A stretch of 64,000 bases of DNA from Candidatus Heimdallarchaeota archaeon (GCA_020353515.1 CP070695.1:4879466-4943465), one strand, 5' to 3'. Positions 9,612 through 20,217 are shown, counted from the first letter of the stretch. Notes: generated by a model from the letters alone, not told the origin. Translations and numbers: made by a program.

Positions 9612-11066
9612 GTGGTTTTCAGGGTGAAGATCCTATTCCTTGTTCCACCTACAAAACAAAAAGAAGTAACAAAGTATCAACTTGCCTTTTTGAACTTTAC
9701 TGCTCCACCTTTAGGATTGGGTTATATTGCTGCTGTGTTAGAAGAAAATGGTTTTTCCAATGTTCGAATTTTGGATTGTTCAGTCTTAGGATATTCACCT
9801 CAAGCCTATCGTAAATATTTAAAACAATTTAACCCAGATTTTGTTGGAATTCAAACCCTAACACCCAATTTTTATGATACCCTAGAATCAGCTCAAATAG
9901 CAAAGGAAGAGGGTGTTTCAACAGTCGCTTTAGGAGGGTATCATCCTACAGCAATGCCCATGGAAAGTTTACAATTATCTCATGGTAAGGTGGATGCTGT
10001 TTTCAGGGGAGAAGCTGAATACTCTGTATTGGAGTTTATCCAGAATATTGAGAAAGGCCTTGATTGGACCAATATTAAAGGTATTTCCTATTTCAACAAA
10101 GAAAATCAGGTCATTCATAATGATTCAGCTCCTCCTATAAAAAATCTTGATGATCTTCCCTTGCCAGCTCGACATCTCCTTCCTATGGACAAGTACCGAA
10201 TTTTTGGATCATCATTTCCAGCAACCTCGGTTATAACAAGTCGAGGATGCCCATTCTCATGTGATTTTTGTAGTGTTTCAGCATTTTATGGAGCTAACTG
10301 GCGTCCTCGGTCACCTGAAAAAATAGCTGAAGAGATCCAGTATCTACGTGAAGTTTTAGATCTTAAAGCGGCAGCTTTTGTAGATGATTTGTTCTTTATT
10401 TCGAGGAAACGAGTTAAACGATTGGTTCGAGCACTCTCACAAATTAAAGATATTTATTGGGGTGCTACAACTCGTGCTGATGCAGGGAACCTTGAGCTAC
10501 TCACCTTAATGAGAAAAGCTGGTTGCCGTTTAGTCTTCGTTGGGGTTGAATCTGGGAATCAAGTGATTTTAGACCAGATACGAAAGCAAACCTCAATCAA
10601 TCAAGTGGAACGATATTTTGATAACGCTAAAAAAGCACATATGGACACTTTGGCTTCTTTATCTTTTGGATTTCCTGGTGAAACCAAACAAACAATAATC
10701 AATACAGTTAACTGGGTTATTAATCGTTTAGACCCAGAATTAGCATTATTCACCCTAGCAACCCCTTATCCTGGCACAGAATTCTATCAGGATATGCTCA
10801 ATAGTGGGAAGATAAAAGAACATGATTACAGTAAGTATAATCTCTTTCATCCGATAACTGAACTTACTGGTATTTCACGAGAAGAAATGAAAACAATGAC
10901 GAAATGGGCTTATAAACGATTCTATCTTCGACCAAAGAAAATAATGCAAAATACTTTAAGGGAGTTAAGATATTCTATGGAGAGTTATGGTTTCAGGCAA
11001 TTTCTTTACAATGGGAGTGTATTTGCGAAAGGAATTATCAACATGAAGATTCTCACTTCAATGTGA
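9612..11066 (+). CDS. B12-binding radical SAM protein (class B)
   Basis: PPLGLGYIAA, GGYHPT, RGEAE cobalamin-binding region; TSRGCPFSCDFC; GVESG; TPYPGT. Confidence 0.9.
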   Translation: MVFRVKILFLVPPTKQKEVTKYQLAFLNFTAPPLGLGYIAAVLEENGFSNVRILDCSVLGYSPQAYRKYLKQFNPDFVGIQTLTPNFYDTLESAQIAKEEGVSTVALGGYHPTAMPMESLQLSHGKVDAVFRGEAEYSVLEFIQNIEKGLDWTNIKGISYFNKENQVIHNDSAPPIKNLDDLPLPARHLLPMDKYRIFGSSFPATSVITSRGCPFSCDFCSVSAFYGANWRPRSPEKIAEEIQYLREVLDLKAAAFVDDLFFISRKRVKRLVRALSQIKDIYWGATTRADAGNLELLTLMRKAGCRLVFVGVESGNQVILDQIRKQTSINQVERYFDNAKKAHMDTLASLSFGFPGETKQTIINTVNWVINRLDPELALFTLATPYPGTEFYQDMLNSGKIKEHDYSKYNLFHPITELTGISREEMKTMTKWAYKRFYLRPKKIMQNTLRELRYSMESYGFRQFLYNGSVFAKGIINMKILTSM

Positions 11067-11081
11067 GTTCGTAATACAAAT

Positions 11082-11327
11082 TTAAATTAACTCTCGGCCT
11101 TTTTCAGTTATTCCAAAGGTTTCAGGATTACTTGGAAGACGCCTGATATATCCTTTCTCCTCTAGTTTCACTAAACTTTCATCAAACACCTTTTTGTCAA
11201 ATGATTGACCAGTAATACCACTCATCTGTTGTATCTGTGTCATAATACTTAAAAAATGTATGTCTCTGTGTTGTGATATTATTTCTATAATTGATAATTC
11301 CATGTTGGATAACATTTCATTTGACAT
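11082..11327 (-). CDS. Small winged-helix-like protein
   Basis: 81 aa, L.KLEEKGYI...F.ITEKG wing signature. Confidence 0.6.
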   Translation of the reverse strand: MSNEMLSNMELSIIEIISQHRDIHFLSIMTQIQQMSGITGQSFDKKVFDESLVKLEEKGYIRRLPSNPETFGITEKGRELI

Positions 11328-11521
11328 CTATCGTGCTTCCAAATTAATTTGAAGAAATTTGTGACCTTAGTTTTTTATAAATTTCCCTTACAAAAGAAAT
11401 CTCTCTTCGGTTCCGAATAAATTATATAAGAAGAAAAAAGAAAATAGATAAATATCTGAAATTCTATACATATCATAAAATATCATTTTTTCCCCCTAAT
11501 GCGATAAAAAAGACAGAAGGA

Positions 11522-12124
11522 TTGAGTGTACCCCTAATGGAGGAACTTAAGGAAATAATAATCAAAGCTAAGGCCTTTAAACAGAGGAGAGAATACCAGA
11601 AGGCAATAGAAATTCTAAACCAAGGTCACGAAATCGGTGTCAGGAATGAAGCTGTTGAGGATTTAGTAGATATTCACAATCAGCTGATATTACTTCATTA
11701 CCAAAATAATGATTTAGAAATGTTTCAAAAATCATATAACTTCGCAAGAACCCTTGCCTTAAAAATTAACTATAATAGAGGACTAGTAGAGTCATTTATG
11801 AATATGGCCTGGGTTCAAACAGATAATAGAAACTTCGTCGACGCTATTACTCACGCCTCCCAAGCCCTTGCGATTGATGATATCCTAGATAATGCCTCTG
11901 CTTTCACAACTGCATTATATATTATTTCAGAAGCAAACTATAGCGTTGGGGACATGGAAAAAGGGGATAAATATAAGGAATTGTATCAGAAAAAGCTGAT
12001 GAAACTTACTGAAGGTGAGGAAAAGATGCTGAGAAGCATTGAGGGATTGAGTGTGGGTATGACTAAGGAGGACGATATAGATTCACGGGTGAAACAAGCC
12101 TTAGATGAACTCGATTCATTTTAA
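11522..12124 (+). CDS. TPR-like helical repeat protein
   Basis: Repeated helical pairs (YQKAIEILNQG, FVDAITHASQAL, GDMEKG). Confidence 0.65.
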   Translation: MSVPLMEELKEIIIKAKAFKQRREYQKAIEILNQGHEIGVRNEAVEDLVDIHNQLILLHYQNNDLEMFQKSYNFARTLALKINYNRGLVESFMNMAWVQTDNRNFVDAITHASQALAIDDILDNASAFTTALYIISEANYSVGDMEKGDKYKELYQKKLMKLTEGEEKMLRSIEGLSVGMTKEDDIDSRVKQALDELDSF

Positions 12125-12260
12125 AGCTTGAATTTTTCTTTCTTTTTTATCATCTGTACATTTTTCAATCACAAATCATCATTGTAATCCTTTTCCATGA
12201 TATTATAATATTACCGTGCTTTTTGTATTTTTTTCTGAATTCTATCATGGAGCATGGATT

Positions 12261-13448
12261 ATGGATAACAGCTATACTAGGATCCCTTTATCTGAAATTG
12301 AAGCGCGAATCTCAAGACTTAAATCTTATTTGAAAAAAGAAAACATTGATGGGGCGATTCTGCTTTCAACTCCTGAACTCTATTATTATTCAGGTGTGGG
12401 GTATGATGGTGCTGTTTATATTCCAGCAATGGGTGATCCTGTTCATCTTGTCAAGCGAAATCTTGAGTTGGCAAAGTCTTTCTCGCAAATACCGACAGTT
12501 AAAATGTTTGGTAGAAAATCCAAGGTGTTTGAAACATTATGTATAAAACAATCTGCGATAATTGCGATAGAGATGGATACTTTGTCCTATTCTTTCGTGC
12601 AATTTCTGCAATCCAAGGCTAAGAATGTTCGATTAGATAATTGTAGCTCGATTCTAAGGCGACTTCGCTCCGTCAAATCTGATTATGAAATTAATCAAAT
12701 TAAGTCCGCAGCTTCACTTGTAGACAGATCCTTCGAACATTGTACAGAGATTGCTACGCCTGAGATGACCGAAATAGAACTGGCTGTTCAATTAGAACGT
12801 TGGTTACTTGAAAATGGCCATGATGGCTTTATTACAACTTATGGATTTAACACGGAATTATTACACTATGCTTATGTTATTTCAAGTCAATCTTCTGTCT
12901 TGAACATTCATTTTACCCCCATCTCTGGTTATGGACTTACTTTAAAATACCCTTATGGGCCTAGTCGTCAAAAACTAGGTAGGAAACCTTTCATTGTAGA
13001 CACCTGTGGTAACAATCAAGGTTACATTTCTGATACCACTCGAACGTTCATTTGTGGAAAATTTGATGTTAAAACCCGAGATGAGATTAATTCTCTTCAA
13101 GAGATAAAAAAATTCCTCTATCTTAATTTGAAACCAAGTGTGAACCTAGGTGATCTTTATAATGAGGTTATAGATCTTAGTAAAGAACTAAGAATTGAAG
13201 ATCGTTTCATGGGAACCACTACTGACAAAGTGGCCTTTATTGGACATGGTGTTGGGCTTGAACTCGATGAACTGCCCGTATTTTATCCAAAGGGACCCAA
13301 TCTTGTTGCTGGTAATATAATTGCTTGTGAACCAAAGTTCTTTATCCAAGGAAAAAAAGTGCTTGGAATAGAAGATACTTACGCCATAACAGAGTCTGGC
13401 AATATACTTTTATCAAAATCTCCTGATTATTACGAGATTTCAACGTAA
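12261..13448 (+). CDS. Xaa-Pro aminopeptidase family (M24)
   Basis: LRSVKS, GY.SD.TRT, GHGVGLELDE, EPK, GIEDT; start likely ATG 12261. Confidence 0.9.
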   Translation: MDNSYTRIPLSEIEARISRLKSYLKKENIDGAILLSTPELYYYSGVGYDGAVYIPAMGDPVHLVKRNLELAKSFSQIPTVKMFGRKSKVFETLCIKQSAIIAIEMDTLSYSFVQFLQSKAKNVRLDNCSSILRRLRSVKSDYEINQIKSAASLVDRSFEHCTEIATPEMTEIELAVQLERWLLENGHDGFITTYGFNTELLHYAYVISSQSSVLNIHFTPISGYGLTLKYPYGPSRQKLGRKPFIVDTCGNNQGYISDTTRTFICGKFDVKTRDEINSLQEIKKFLYLNLKPSVNLGDLYNEVIDLSKELRIEDRFMGTTTDKVAFIGHGVGLELDELPVFYPKGPNLVAGNIIACEPKFFIQGKKVLGIEDTYAITESGNILLSKSPDYYEIST

Positions 13449-13465
13449 TTTCACGGTGAATCCTC

Positions 13466-14731
13466 ATGGAACGCTCAATGATTTCTCCAAAATCTTTGAT
13501 TTTTGATTTGTATTTACGGCCATCTCTGTTAGTTATAGGTCTTTATCAAACTATTGTAACTGTTGCTTTTACTTCTCAACAACTTCTATTAGCTGCTTAT
13601 TTGGATGAGAAAGGTTATATTTTGATCAGTGGTATTATAATTGCTGTTTACTTCGCATTTTGGTTCCTATTAGGCCCATTTTTTAGTACCTTAAGCGATC
13701 TACATGGAAGAAAATTCCTTATGATTGCAGCTAATTTTGTTTCGCTTATCGGCTTTTTTGGATTAGTTCTAGCACCTGAGTCCCTTTTTATTGAAACTGT
13801 TTTTATTATGAATGCAATTCTGGGAATAGGAGCTGCAATACGAGTTGGATCTGTAATTGCGCTTTGGGTACAACATAGCCCTCAAGATCGCGTTGGAGAG
13901 TCTCTTGCGTACAATAGTATCTTACTTACTATAGGTGGATTTACTGGTGCCCTGATAGGTTTTCTTATGTGGAGTACGATTAAAGAACAAGCTTTCGTCA
14001 TTTTTGGGATTTTATTATTTGTATCAGCTATCCCCATATTTTTTGTTAGTGATGTAGGAAATTATATCCCATTTTCATTTGAATTTTTACGTGTACAAAG
14101 GAATAAATCTGATCTACAGTTTTTTTTCACCCCTCAGTTCATCCAAGTCTGCCTTCACTGGTTAGCTTTTTCAACAATTGTTTCCTTTTCTACTTTTATA
14201 ATTCCTATCCTTGAAAGATTAACAGAAGAAACATCAAGTGGTTCAGATGTGAACTTACCTTTCCCACTTCTTTTTGTTATCTCAGCGGCCCTGGTTATCT
14301 CATGTGTTGGAGGATTACTATTCTGGGGGAGGATTTCTGATTTATGGGCAAGACGACCAGTATTAATTATTGGTTATGTCGGAATGGCAGTTTTAGTTCT
14401 TTCAGCTATGGTCATTTTCCTATTTGATTGGTTACCAATGTTACTGGAAGGCCTGGCTTTCTATAATCCCCTGAGTATAATAGTGATTAGTATAGTCATT
14501 ATTTCAATTTTCGCAGCTGTTTCAGTTATCGCAACCCCTATGGCGCTAATATCTGACAAGGTCGGTCATGAGGATTTAGCTAAAGCAATGTCGCTCAGAC
14601 AAGTTCTCATTGGAGTTGGGACAGTAATAGGAGTTTTTATTGGGGGTTTTGTTATTGGTTTATTTGAAATTCCCGGTTTACTTTTTGTCATTCTAATCTT
14701 ATTATTGATCTCTGCGGTAATTCTTCTATGA
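13466..14731 (+). CDS. MFS transporter
   Basis: ~12 TM; motif A LSDLHGRK and GRISDLWARRP. Confidence 0.88.
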   Translation: MERSMISPKSLIFDLYLRPSLLVIGLYQTIVTVAFTSQQLLLAAYLDEKGYILISGIIIAVYFAFWFLLGPFFSTLSDLHGRKFLMIAANFVSLIGFFGLVLAPESLFIETVFIMNAILGIGAAIRVGSVIALWVQHSPQDRVGESLAYNSILLTIGGFTGALIGFLMWSTIKEQAFVIFGILLFVSAIPIFFVSDVGNYIPFSFEFLRVQRNKSDLQFFFTPQFIQVCLHWLAFSTIVSFSTFIIPILERLTEETSSGSDVNLPFPLLFVISAALVISCVGGLLFWGRISDLWARRPVLIIGYVGMAVLVLSAMVIFLFDWLPMLLEGLAFYNPLSIIVISIVIISIFAAVSVIATPMALISDKVGHEDLAKAMSLRQVLIGVGTVIGVFIGGFVIGLFEIPGLLFVILILLLISAVILL

Positions 14732-14799
14732 ACTAGCTTTATTTATTTTTGAATCTTTTTTAATGTAAACATTATTTTTTCTAAGTATGTGGGATATTT

Positions 14800-16182
14800 T
14801 TGTCTTCTTGGTTTGGTAGTTCTGGAATACGTGGATCTTATGATAAGATAACTCCGCTTTTTAGTATGAACCTTGGAATGGCAGTTGGGAAGGTATTCCA
14901 ATCTTCTGAACCAGCATATATCGCTTCTGATATACGATCCACATCAGATCTGCTTAAAATGTGCTTTATAAGTGGATTTTCATATTATTCAGGGACATTA
15001 ATTGATATTGGTTTATGTCCGACCCCCGTTATATCCCATATTACATCTATTAATGATAATACATTAGGAGTAATGGTGACTGCTTCTCATAATCCCCCCT
15101 CTAATAATGGTTTCAAGTTTTTTTTAAATGGGGGAGAATGTGGGAAGAAGTTTGAAGTTGAAGTTGATAAAAACCTTCAAAATTTAATTGAAAGTCCCAC
15201 CGTTAAGATATCACCAGACTTCTGGAAAAATGTTGGAATCTCCAAATATGACAAATCCAGTGCATATATTAATGGGTACATTAACTATTTAAGGAATAAA
15301 ATTGAGATTAAGAATCCAAAAAAGAAAATTGTACTAGATTGTGCGAATAATGTGCCCAATCTTGTTTCACCGAAAGTTTTCAAGCATTTTGGTTTTGAAA
15401 TACTCCCATTAAATGAAACACTCAATCCTTCTTTTCCTGGACGTCCAAGTGAACCTTCATCAACAAATCTTTCTGTTTTAAAAAAAATGGTTGTTGAGAA
15501 AGGTGCTAATATTGGTGTTGCCCACGACGGAGACGGTGACCGATTTGCTTTAATAGATGAAAATGGGAACTTTGTAAATTCAACCGCCATAATAAGTTTT
15601 TTTTGTGACCATTTAGACTATTCAAATCCAAGCAGAAGGAAAATAATCTTGACAAGTGATTGTTCACTACAATCTATAGATATAGCTGAGAAAAGAGGAG
15701 CAGAGATTGTTTTTAGTAGAATTGGGAGAAATCGAGATTTTGTGAATGATAGTCATTGTCTATTTTTAGCTGAACCAAACAAGTTACTATTCCCAGAATT
15801 TGGAAAATGGATAGATGGGTTATTTCCTGTGCTGAAACTTCTAGAAATTTCCCAATCGAGGGAGATTTCAAAGGTTATTGCACCTTATGATAAACGAAAA
15901 GTCCTTAGAAAGGCCTTTGAGGTCCTTAATGGAGACCAAATCCGTGTAGCTGAACTAATTAACGATCTTCCGAACCTATGGTCTGAAAAAATCTCCAAAA
16001 CATCACTCTTAGATGGTTTGAAGATTTACTTTAAACATGATTCAAGTGTATTAATCAGATTTTCTGGAACAGAGCCAAAAATAAAATTCTATATTGAATC
16101 TGATTCACACAGTAAGAATAATGACATGTTGACTATTTTGAAGGATGTTTTTGAGCTTGAGTCTGAAGGTTTTGACTGTTAA
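14800..16182 (+). CDS. Alpha-D-phosphohexomutase family enzyme, probably archaeal-type phosphopentomutase
   Basis: FGSSGIRG, TASHNP, DGDGDR, RFSGTEPK; sugar loop AEPNK...FGKWID instead of GE.SG. Confidence 0.8.
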   Translation: MSSWFGSSGIRGSYDKITPLFSMNLGMAVGKVFQSSEPAYIASDIRSTSDLLKMCFISGFSYYSGTLIDIGLCPTPVISHITSINDNTLGVMVTASHNPPSNNGFKFFLNGGECGKKFEVEVDKNLQNLIESPTVKISPDFWKNVGISKYDKSSAYINGYINYLRNKIEIKNPKKKIVLDCANNVPNLVSPKVFKHFGFEILPLNETLNPSFPGRPSEPSSTNLSVLKKMVVEKGANIGVAHDGDGDRFALIDENGNFVNSTAIISFFCDHLDYSNPSRRKIILTSDCSLQSIDIAEKRGAEIVFSRIGRNRDFVNDSHCLFLAEPNKLLFPEFGKWIDGLFPVLKLLEISQSREISKVIAPYDKRKVLRKAFEVLNGDQIRVAELINDLPNLWSEKISKTSLLDGLKIYFKHDSSVLIRFSGTEPKIKFYIESDSHSKNNDMLTILKDVFELESEGFDC

Positions 16183-16378
16183 TCTTGAATAGTTAATTAT
16201 TCTAACATCATGAGTAATAAGACCGAGGTAACTATAGAAGACATGGTAATCTATAGAGAATGGTTGATTGTTTTAATATCTAAAGAAATTTATTAAAGGA
16301 ATGGTTATAAATTATCTGCATAATCTTCATTGATCATGTTTGTCTTTATTTATCCCGTATAATGAGTGTTGTTATCAT

Positions 16379-17041
16379 ATGATTCATTATAAACCAATTA
16401 TCTGGGTTGAAGGTATTATTGGGTCAGGTAAAAGTACATTCAGTGGTTGGATTGCTGATGAGCTTAAACTTCGACTTATAAAAGAACCTGTTGATAATGA
16501 TTACTTAACAATTTTTTATGAAAACCCAAAACGCTGGGCTTTCCCAATGCAGATCGATTTACTTCATAAAAGATATTCATTACAGCAGTTAGCTGCCTAT
16601 GAGGCTAGTCTTGCGGCCGTAGGGGAAAGCGAATATCAGGGGGTAGTTCTAGATAGAGGATTACCTGGTGATAGAGTATTCGCACGATTACACATGTTAG
16701 AAGGTAATATCTCTAAGGTCGAATGGCGAACGTACACACGTGCATATGAAACAATGACATGTTCTTTGATCCCTCCCAGTCTATTAATATATCTAGATGT
16801 GGAACCCGAAGTAGCAATGAAACGGGTTCAAAATAGAGATAGAACTTTCGAACGAGCTGGTGTTCCTATAGAGTATTTGGAAAAGTTACACCGAGGGTAC
16901 CTAGATTTATTGGTTGAAATTGAATCAGGACAACATACGTGGAGTCGCGGAATGGAAGTAATGAGGGTTCCCTGGAATACAGATCACCAACCGATTGATT
17001 CAATTGTTGAACTCCTCAGAAAAAAATACGAACTCGAATAA
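16379..17041 (+). CDS. Deoxynucleoside kinase (dNK family)
   Basis: VEGIIGSGKST P-loop, EPV, FY..PKRWAF.MQ, LDR..PGDRVF, R.R..E lid. Confidence 0.9.
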   Translation: MIHYKPIIWVEGIIGSGKSTFSGWIADELKLRLIKEPVDNDYLTIFYENPKRWAFPMQIDLLHKRYSLQQLAAYEASLAAVGESEYQGVVLDRGLPGDRVFARLHMLEGNISKVEWRTYTRAYETMTCSLIPPSLLIYLDVEPEVAMKRVQNRDRTFERAGVPIEYLEKLHRGYLDLLVEIESGQHTWSRGMEVMRVPWNTDHQPIDSIVELLRKKYELE

Positions 17042-17105
17042 TTCTCAATAATTATTACTTCTCCTTTGAATAGGGCTTTTCATCTATCATAGGGGTTACT
17101 TAACA

Positions 17106-17729
17106 ATGTCAGAGGTGTATAAACCAGGATATTTAGAGGTAATATTTGGACCGATGAAAAGCGGAAAGAGCGAAGTATTTATCATACTTTTCAAGAAATT
17201 ATCATATTCAAATCACGAATGGGTAACATTTAAACCTGCAGTTAACATTAGAGAAGAGGGAATAGCTTCCCGTGCATTCAACTTAAATCTTCAAGCGATT
17301 GTGATAGACGAAAATCATCCAGAGTTAATATTTGAACACTTGAAGGGAAAAAAATACAAGATTATTGGAATTGATGAAGCACAGTTCTTTGATGATTATT
17401 TGGTTGATATTGTTGACACACTGTTGAAACAACGTTATCATGTCATTGTAAGCGGATTAATGCTTAATTTCAGGGGTGAACCCTTTGGACCAATGCCTTG
17501 GCTCGTTGGGCGAGCAAATAAGGTAACACGCCTTACAGGAATTTGTGATGTGAATGAATGCAACCGAAGAGCAACGAGAACTCAAAGATTGATCAATGGC
17601 GAGCCTGCTTCTTATGACAGTCCTGTTGTTGTGATTGAAGGTCAAGGAAAAAAAGAAACTTATGAAACTCGATGTGTAATTCATCACATCGTCCCTAAAT
17701 CGAATGTAAAAAACAAATCAATAGACTAA
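17106..17729 (+). CDS. tdk: Thymidine kinase (type II)
   Basis: GPMKSGKS, IDEAQFF, GL..NFRGEPFG, Zn lasso C..C / YETRC..H. Confidence 0.93.
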   Translation: MSEVYKPGYLEVIFGPMKSGKSEVFIILFKKLSYSNHEWVTFKPAVNIREEGIASRAFNLNLQAIVIDENHPELIFEHLKGKKYKIIGIDEAQFFDDYLVDIVDTLLKQRYHVIVSGLMLNFRGEPFGPMPWLVGRANKVTRLTGICDVNECNRRATRTQRLINGEPASYDSPVVVIEGQGKKETYETRCVIHHIVPKSNVKNKSID

Positions 17730-17742
17730 TGAACTTGGAGGA

Positions 17743-18702
17743 TTGTGCTTGGATAATCAGAAAGAAGCTTATTGTTTGGGACATATCTCAGTTGATATTT
17801 TCATAGATCGTTTAGCCTTGAATAATTTTAGGTTAGGTGGTTGTATAGATTCTTCCAACTTGACAATTCATGGAGGTGGAGATGTTGCAAATGTTTCATT
17901 CTGGTTAGGAAAACTAAAAACTCCTGTATCAATGATTGGGATAATAGGAGACGATCCTGCAGGTAGTTTTGTAAAAAACGAATTAGAAAATATGAATGTT
18001 GAATGTCATCTAAAAGTCTCAAAAGAATTATCGACTGCTACAATTCTCATAATTATTGAGCCAGATGGGGAACGTTCTTTCATTGTTAATCGTGAGAGCC
18101 AAAATACCCTTGAATGGGAAGATCTTCCTTTATCTGATATTCTAAAAGGTGATTTATTCTATACTTCTGGATATACAATTCAGAATCAACCAATCAAAGA
18201 TGTCATATTCAAACTTTTTGAGAGTATCAAAGAAAACAGAGCTTCCACAGCTTTAACTATGTTTAACCTTGCTGCATACACTACAGTTGAGAGATTTAAA
18301 CCAGAAATAAAGGCGAAAATCTTACCTTATTCAGACATTCTTGTGGGCAATAAAGAGGAATTTGAGGTTTTAATTAGTAACCCAAACGATAAAACAAAAC
18401 CCGATATACACGAATTTGGAAATATTATTTGTGAGTTTTTTCCTGAAATACAGGTGGTTTTGATAACGGATGGAGGAAACGGTTGTTATTATTCCACACA
18501 AAAAAAATATGGACATATTCCTGCTAATCAAGTTAGAACTGTTGATACAACTGGAGCTGGGGATGGATTTTGTGCTGGTTTTATTTCTAGTTATCTTGAA
18601 GGAACGAACTTAGAAGAGGCCATAAAACGCGGGACGAGGTTAGGGAGCCATATCTGCCAAGGTTATGGGGCAAGGTTTGGAGCTGCAACATTAACACAAT
18701 GA
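17743..18702 (+). CDS. PfkB family sugar/nucleoside kinase
   Basis: GGGDVANVS, G.IGDD..G, DTTGAGDGF.AGF. Confidence 0.9.
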   Translation: MCLDNQKEAYCLGHISVDIFIDRLALNNFRLGGCIDSSNLTIHGGGDVANVSFWLGKLKTPVSMIGIIGDDPAGSFVKNELENMNVECHLKVSKELSTATILIIIEPDGERSFIVNRESQNTLEWEDLPLSDILKGDLFYTSGYTIQNQPIKDVIFKLFESIKENRASTALTMFNLAAYTTVERFKPEIKAKILPYSDILVGNKEEFEVLISNPNDKTKPDIHEFGNIICEFFPEIQVVLITDGGNGCYYSTQKKYGHIPANQVRTVDTTGAGDGFCAGFISSYLEGTNLEEAIKRGTRLGSHICQGYGARFGAATLTQ

Positions 18703-18937
18703 TCGTTTATGTTGATTTCAATTAAAAGAAAGAAAAAAAAAAGATCCATTCTTGATCTATTGAGAGTATATAGATATATATATTTCAAAAAACAGTCGAA
18801 AACATTAAAACAACTCAAATTAGTAATTATTTCTAATTTCTACAGGGAGATGAACCTGTGGAAATCGATCTTTTCCTTGGTAAGAGAAATCTGGAAAAGT
18901 AGTTGGGATATATAATTCATCTAATGGAGATAAAATC

Positions 18938-20128
18938 TTGAAAAAAGTAAGAATTTTGATATTGGCACTCATTTTGCTCATGCCATTAGCCACTCTCTCG
19001 AGTGTCACGGGATCGCGAGATGCTGGGCCAACAAAAGTGAGATTCTCAGCTGGAAAAGCAACAGCTAAGACAAAAGTAGGCGTTGTTTTTGCGACTGGTG
19101 GTCTCGGCGATAAATCTTTTAACGACGCTGGTAAACGAGGAGTAGACCAAGCATTAGCTGATTATCCAGACAATGTCACTGTTAACTGGGTTGAACCTCA
19201 AGACGTCCCAGAGTTTAAGACTTATCAAACTGACTATGCAGAAGATGAAACATACGATTTAATCATTTGCATTGGATTCCTACAGACATCAGCACTTAAT
19301 GAAACCTCAATAACATATCCAGATCAAAATTGGGTTTTAATTGATGATGAAATCAATAGATCTAATATCCAAAACTATCTATTCAAGGAACATGAAGGAT
19401 CCTTCTTAGTTGGTGCTATGGCTGCTATGACGACAGAAACTGGCAAGATAGGGTTTGTTGGTGGAATGGACATTTACCTAATCAATAAATTCTTAGCTGG
19501 TTATAGACAGGGCGCACACTATATCAATGACAGTATTGAGGTTACAGCGGTTTATAGCCCACTCCCCCCTCCCGATTGTTGGAACGACATTCCAAGCGGG
19601 AAGAACATGGGAAAAACACTTATGGGTAAAGATAATGATGTGGTTTTCGCCGCTGCAGGTGGTACAGGTATCGGTGTCTTCCAAGCTGCAGAAGAAGAAG
19701 GTGTCTATGCCATTGGTGTTGACAGTGATCAAGATGGTGAGGCAAAAGGAACAGTCCTTTGTTCCATGCTCAAGCTGGTAGAAACAGCTACCTATAACGC
19801 TATCAATGATACTATTCATGGCACTTGGGAAGCAGGAACAAAAACTCTAGGATTAGCAGAAGAAGGTGTTGGAATCAGCCCAATGACCTATACCAAAACA
19901 GAGAAGGAAACAAATTACACATTTGACGGTGTCTCACTAAGTCGTTGGGATCATGTGATGAATATTAAACAAGACATCATTGATGGCACAATTAAGGTCA
20001 AAGAAACACCTGATTGGGAAAAATTACAGAGAATACAAATGGCCACACCTGGGTTTGAAGGATTATTGGTTGTCTTCATGTTAATTGGACTTGCTGCAAT
20101 CCAAATAAATCGCCGACGACAATCATAA
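18938..20128 (+). CDS. BMP/PnrA-family nucleoside ABC transporter substrate-binding protein with PGF-CTERM-like anchor
   Basis: GGLGDKSFND, F.EHEGSFLVG, AAGGTG.G, AIGVDSDQ; signal peptide; C-terminal TPGF + TM + RRR. Confidence 0.92.
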   Translation: MKKVRILILALILLMPLATLSSVTGSRDAGPTKVRFSAGKATAKTKVGVVFATGGLGDKSFNDAGKRGVDQALADYPDNVTVNWVEPQDVPEFKTYQTDYAEDETYDLIICIGFLQTSALNETSITYPDQNWVLIDDEINRSNIQNYLFKEHEGSFLVGAMAAMTTETGKIGFVGGMDIYLINKFLAGYRQGAHYINDSIEVTAVYSPLPPPDCWNDIPSGKNMGKTLMGKDNDVVFAAAGGTGIGVFQAAEEEGVYAIGVDSDQDGEAKGTVLCSMLKLVETATYNAINDTIHGTWEAGTKTLGLAEEGVGISPMTYTKTEKETNYTFDGVSLSRWDHVMNIKQDIIDGTIKVKETPDWEKLQRIQMATPGFEGLLVVFMLIGLAAIQINRRRQS

Positions 20129-20149
20129 TCACCAAAAACAATTTAATCT

Positions 20150-20170
20150 CTCTCCCCTCTTTTTTTTTAT
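20150..20170 (+). terminator. Pyrimidine/oligo-T tract after the binding-protein gene
   Basis: ctctcccctc followed by a T9 run 30 nt after the stop; typical archaeal terminator signal. Confidence 0.45.
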
Positions 20171-20217
20171 AATTTCTCAAGGTTTGTACATTATTTTTTT
20201 ATAGGAGAACTATCTAA

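Noticed and set aside
12060-12124. MIM1-like (ESCRT-III) motif at the TPR protein C-terminus (EDDIDSRVKQAL)
   Set aside because: Only a partial match, and no ESCRT genes nearby
18709-19008. Short ORFs 18709-18915 (+) and 18820-19008 (-)
   Set aside because: Low-complexity AT-rich promoter region and overlap with the BMP gene
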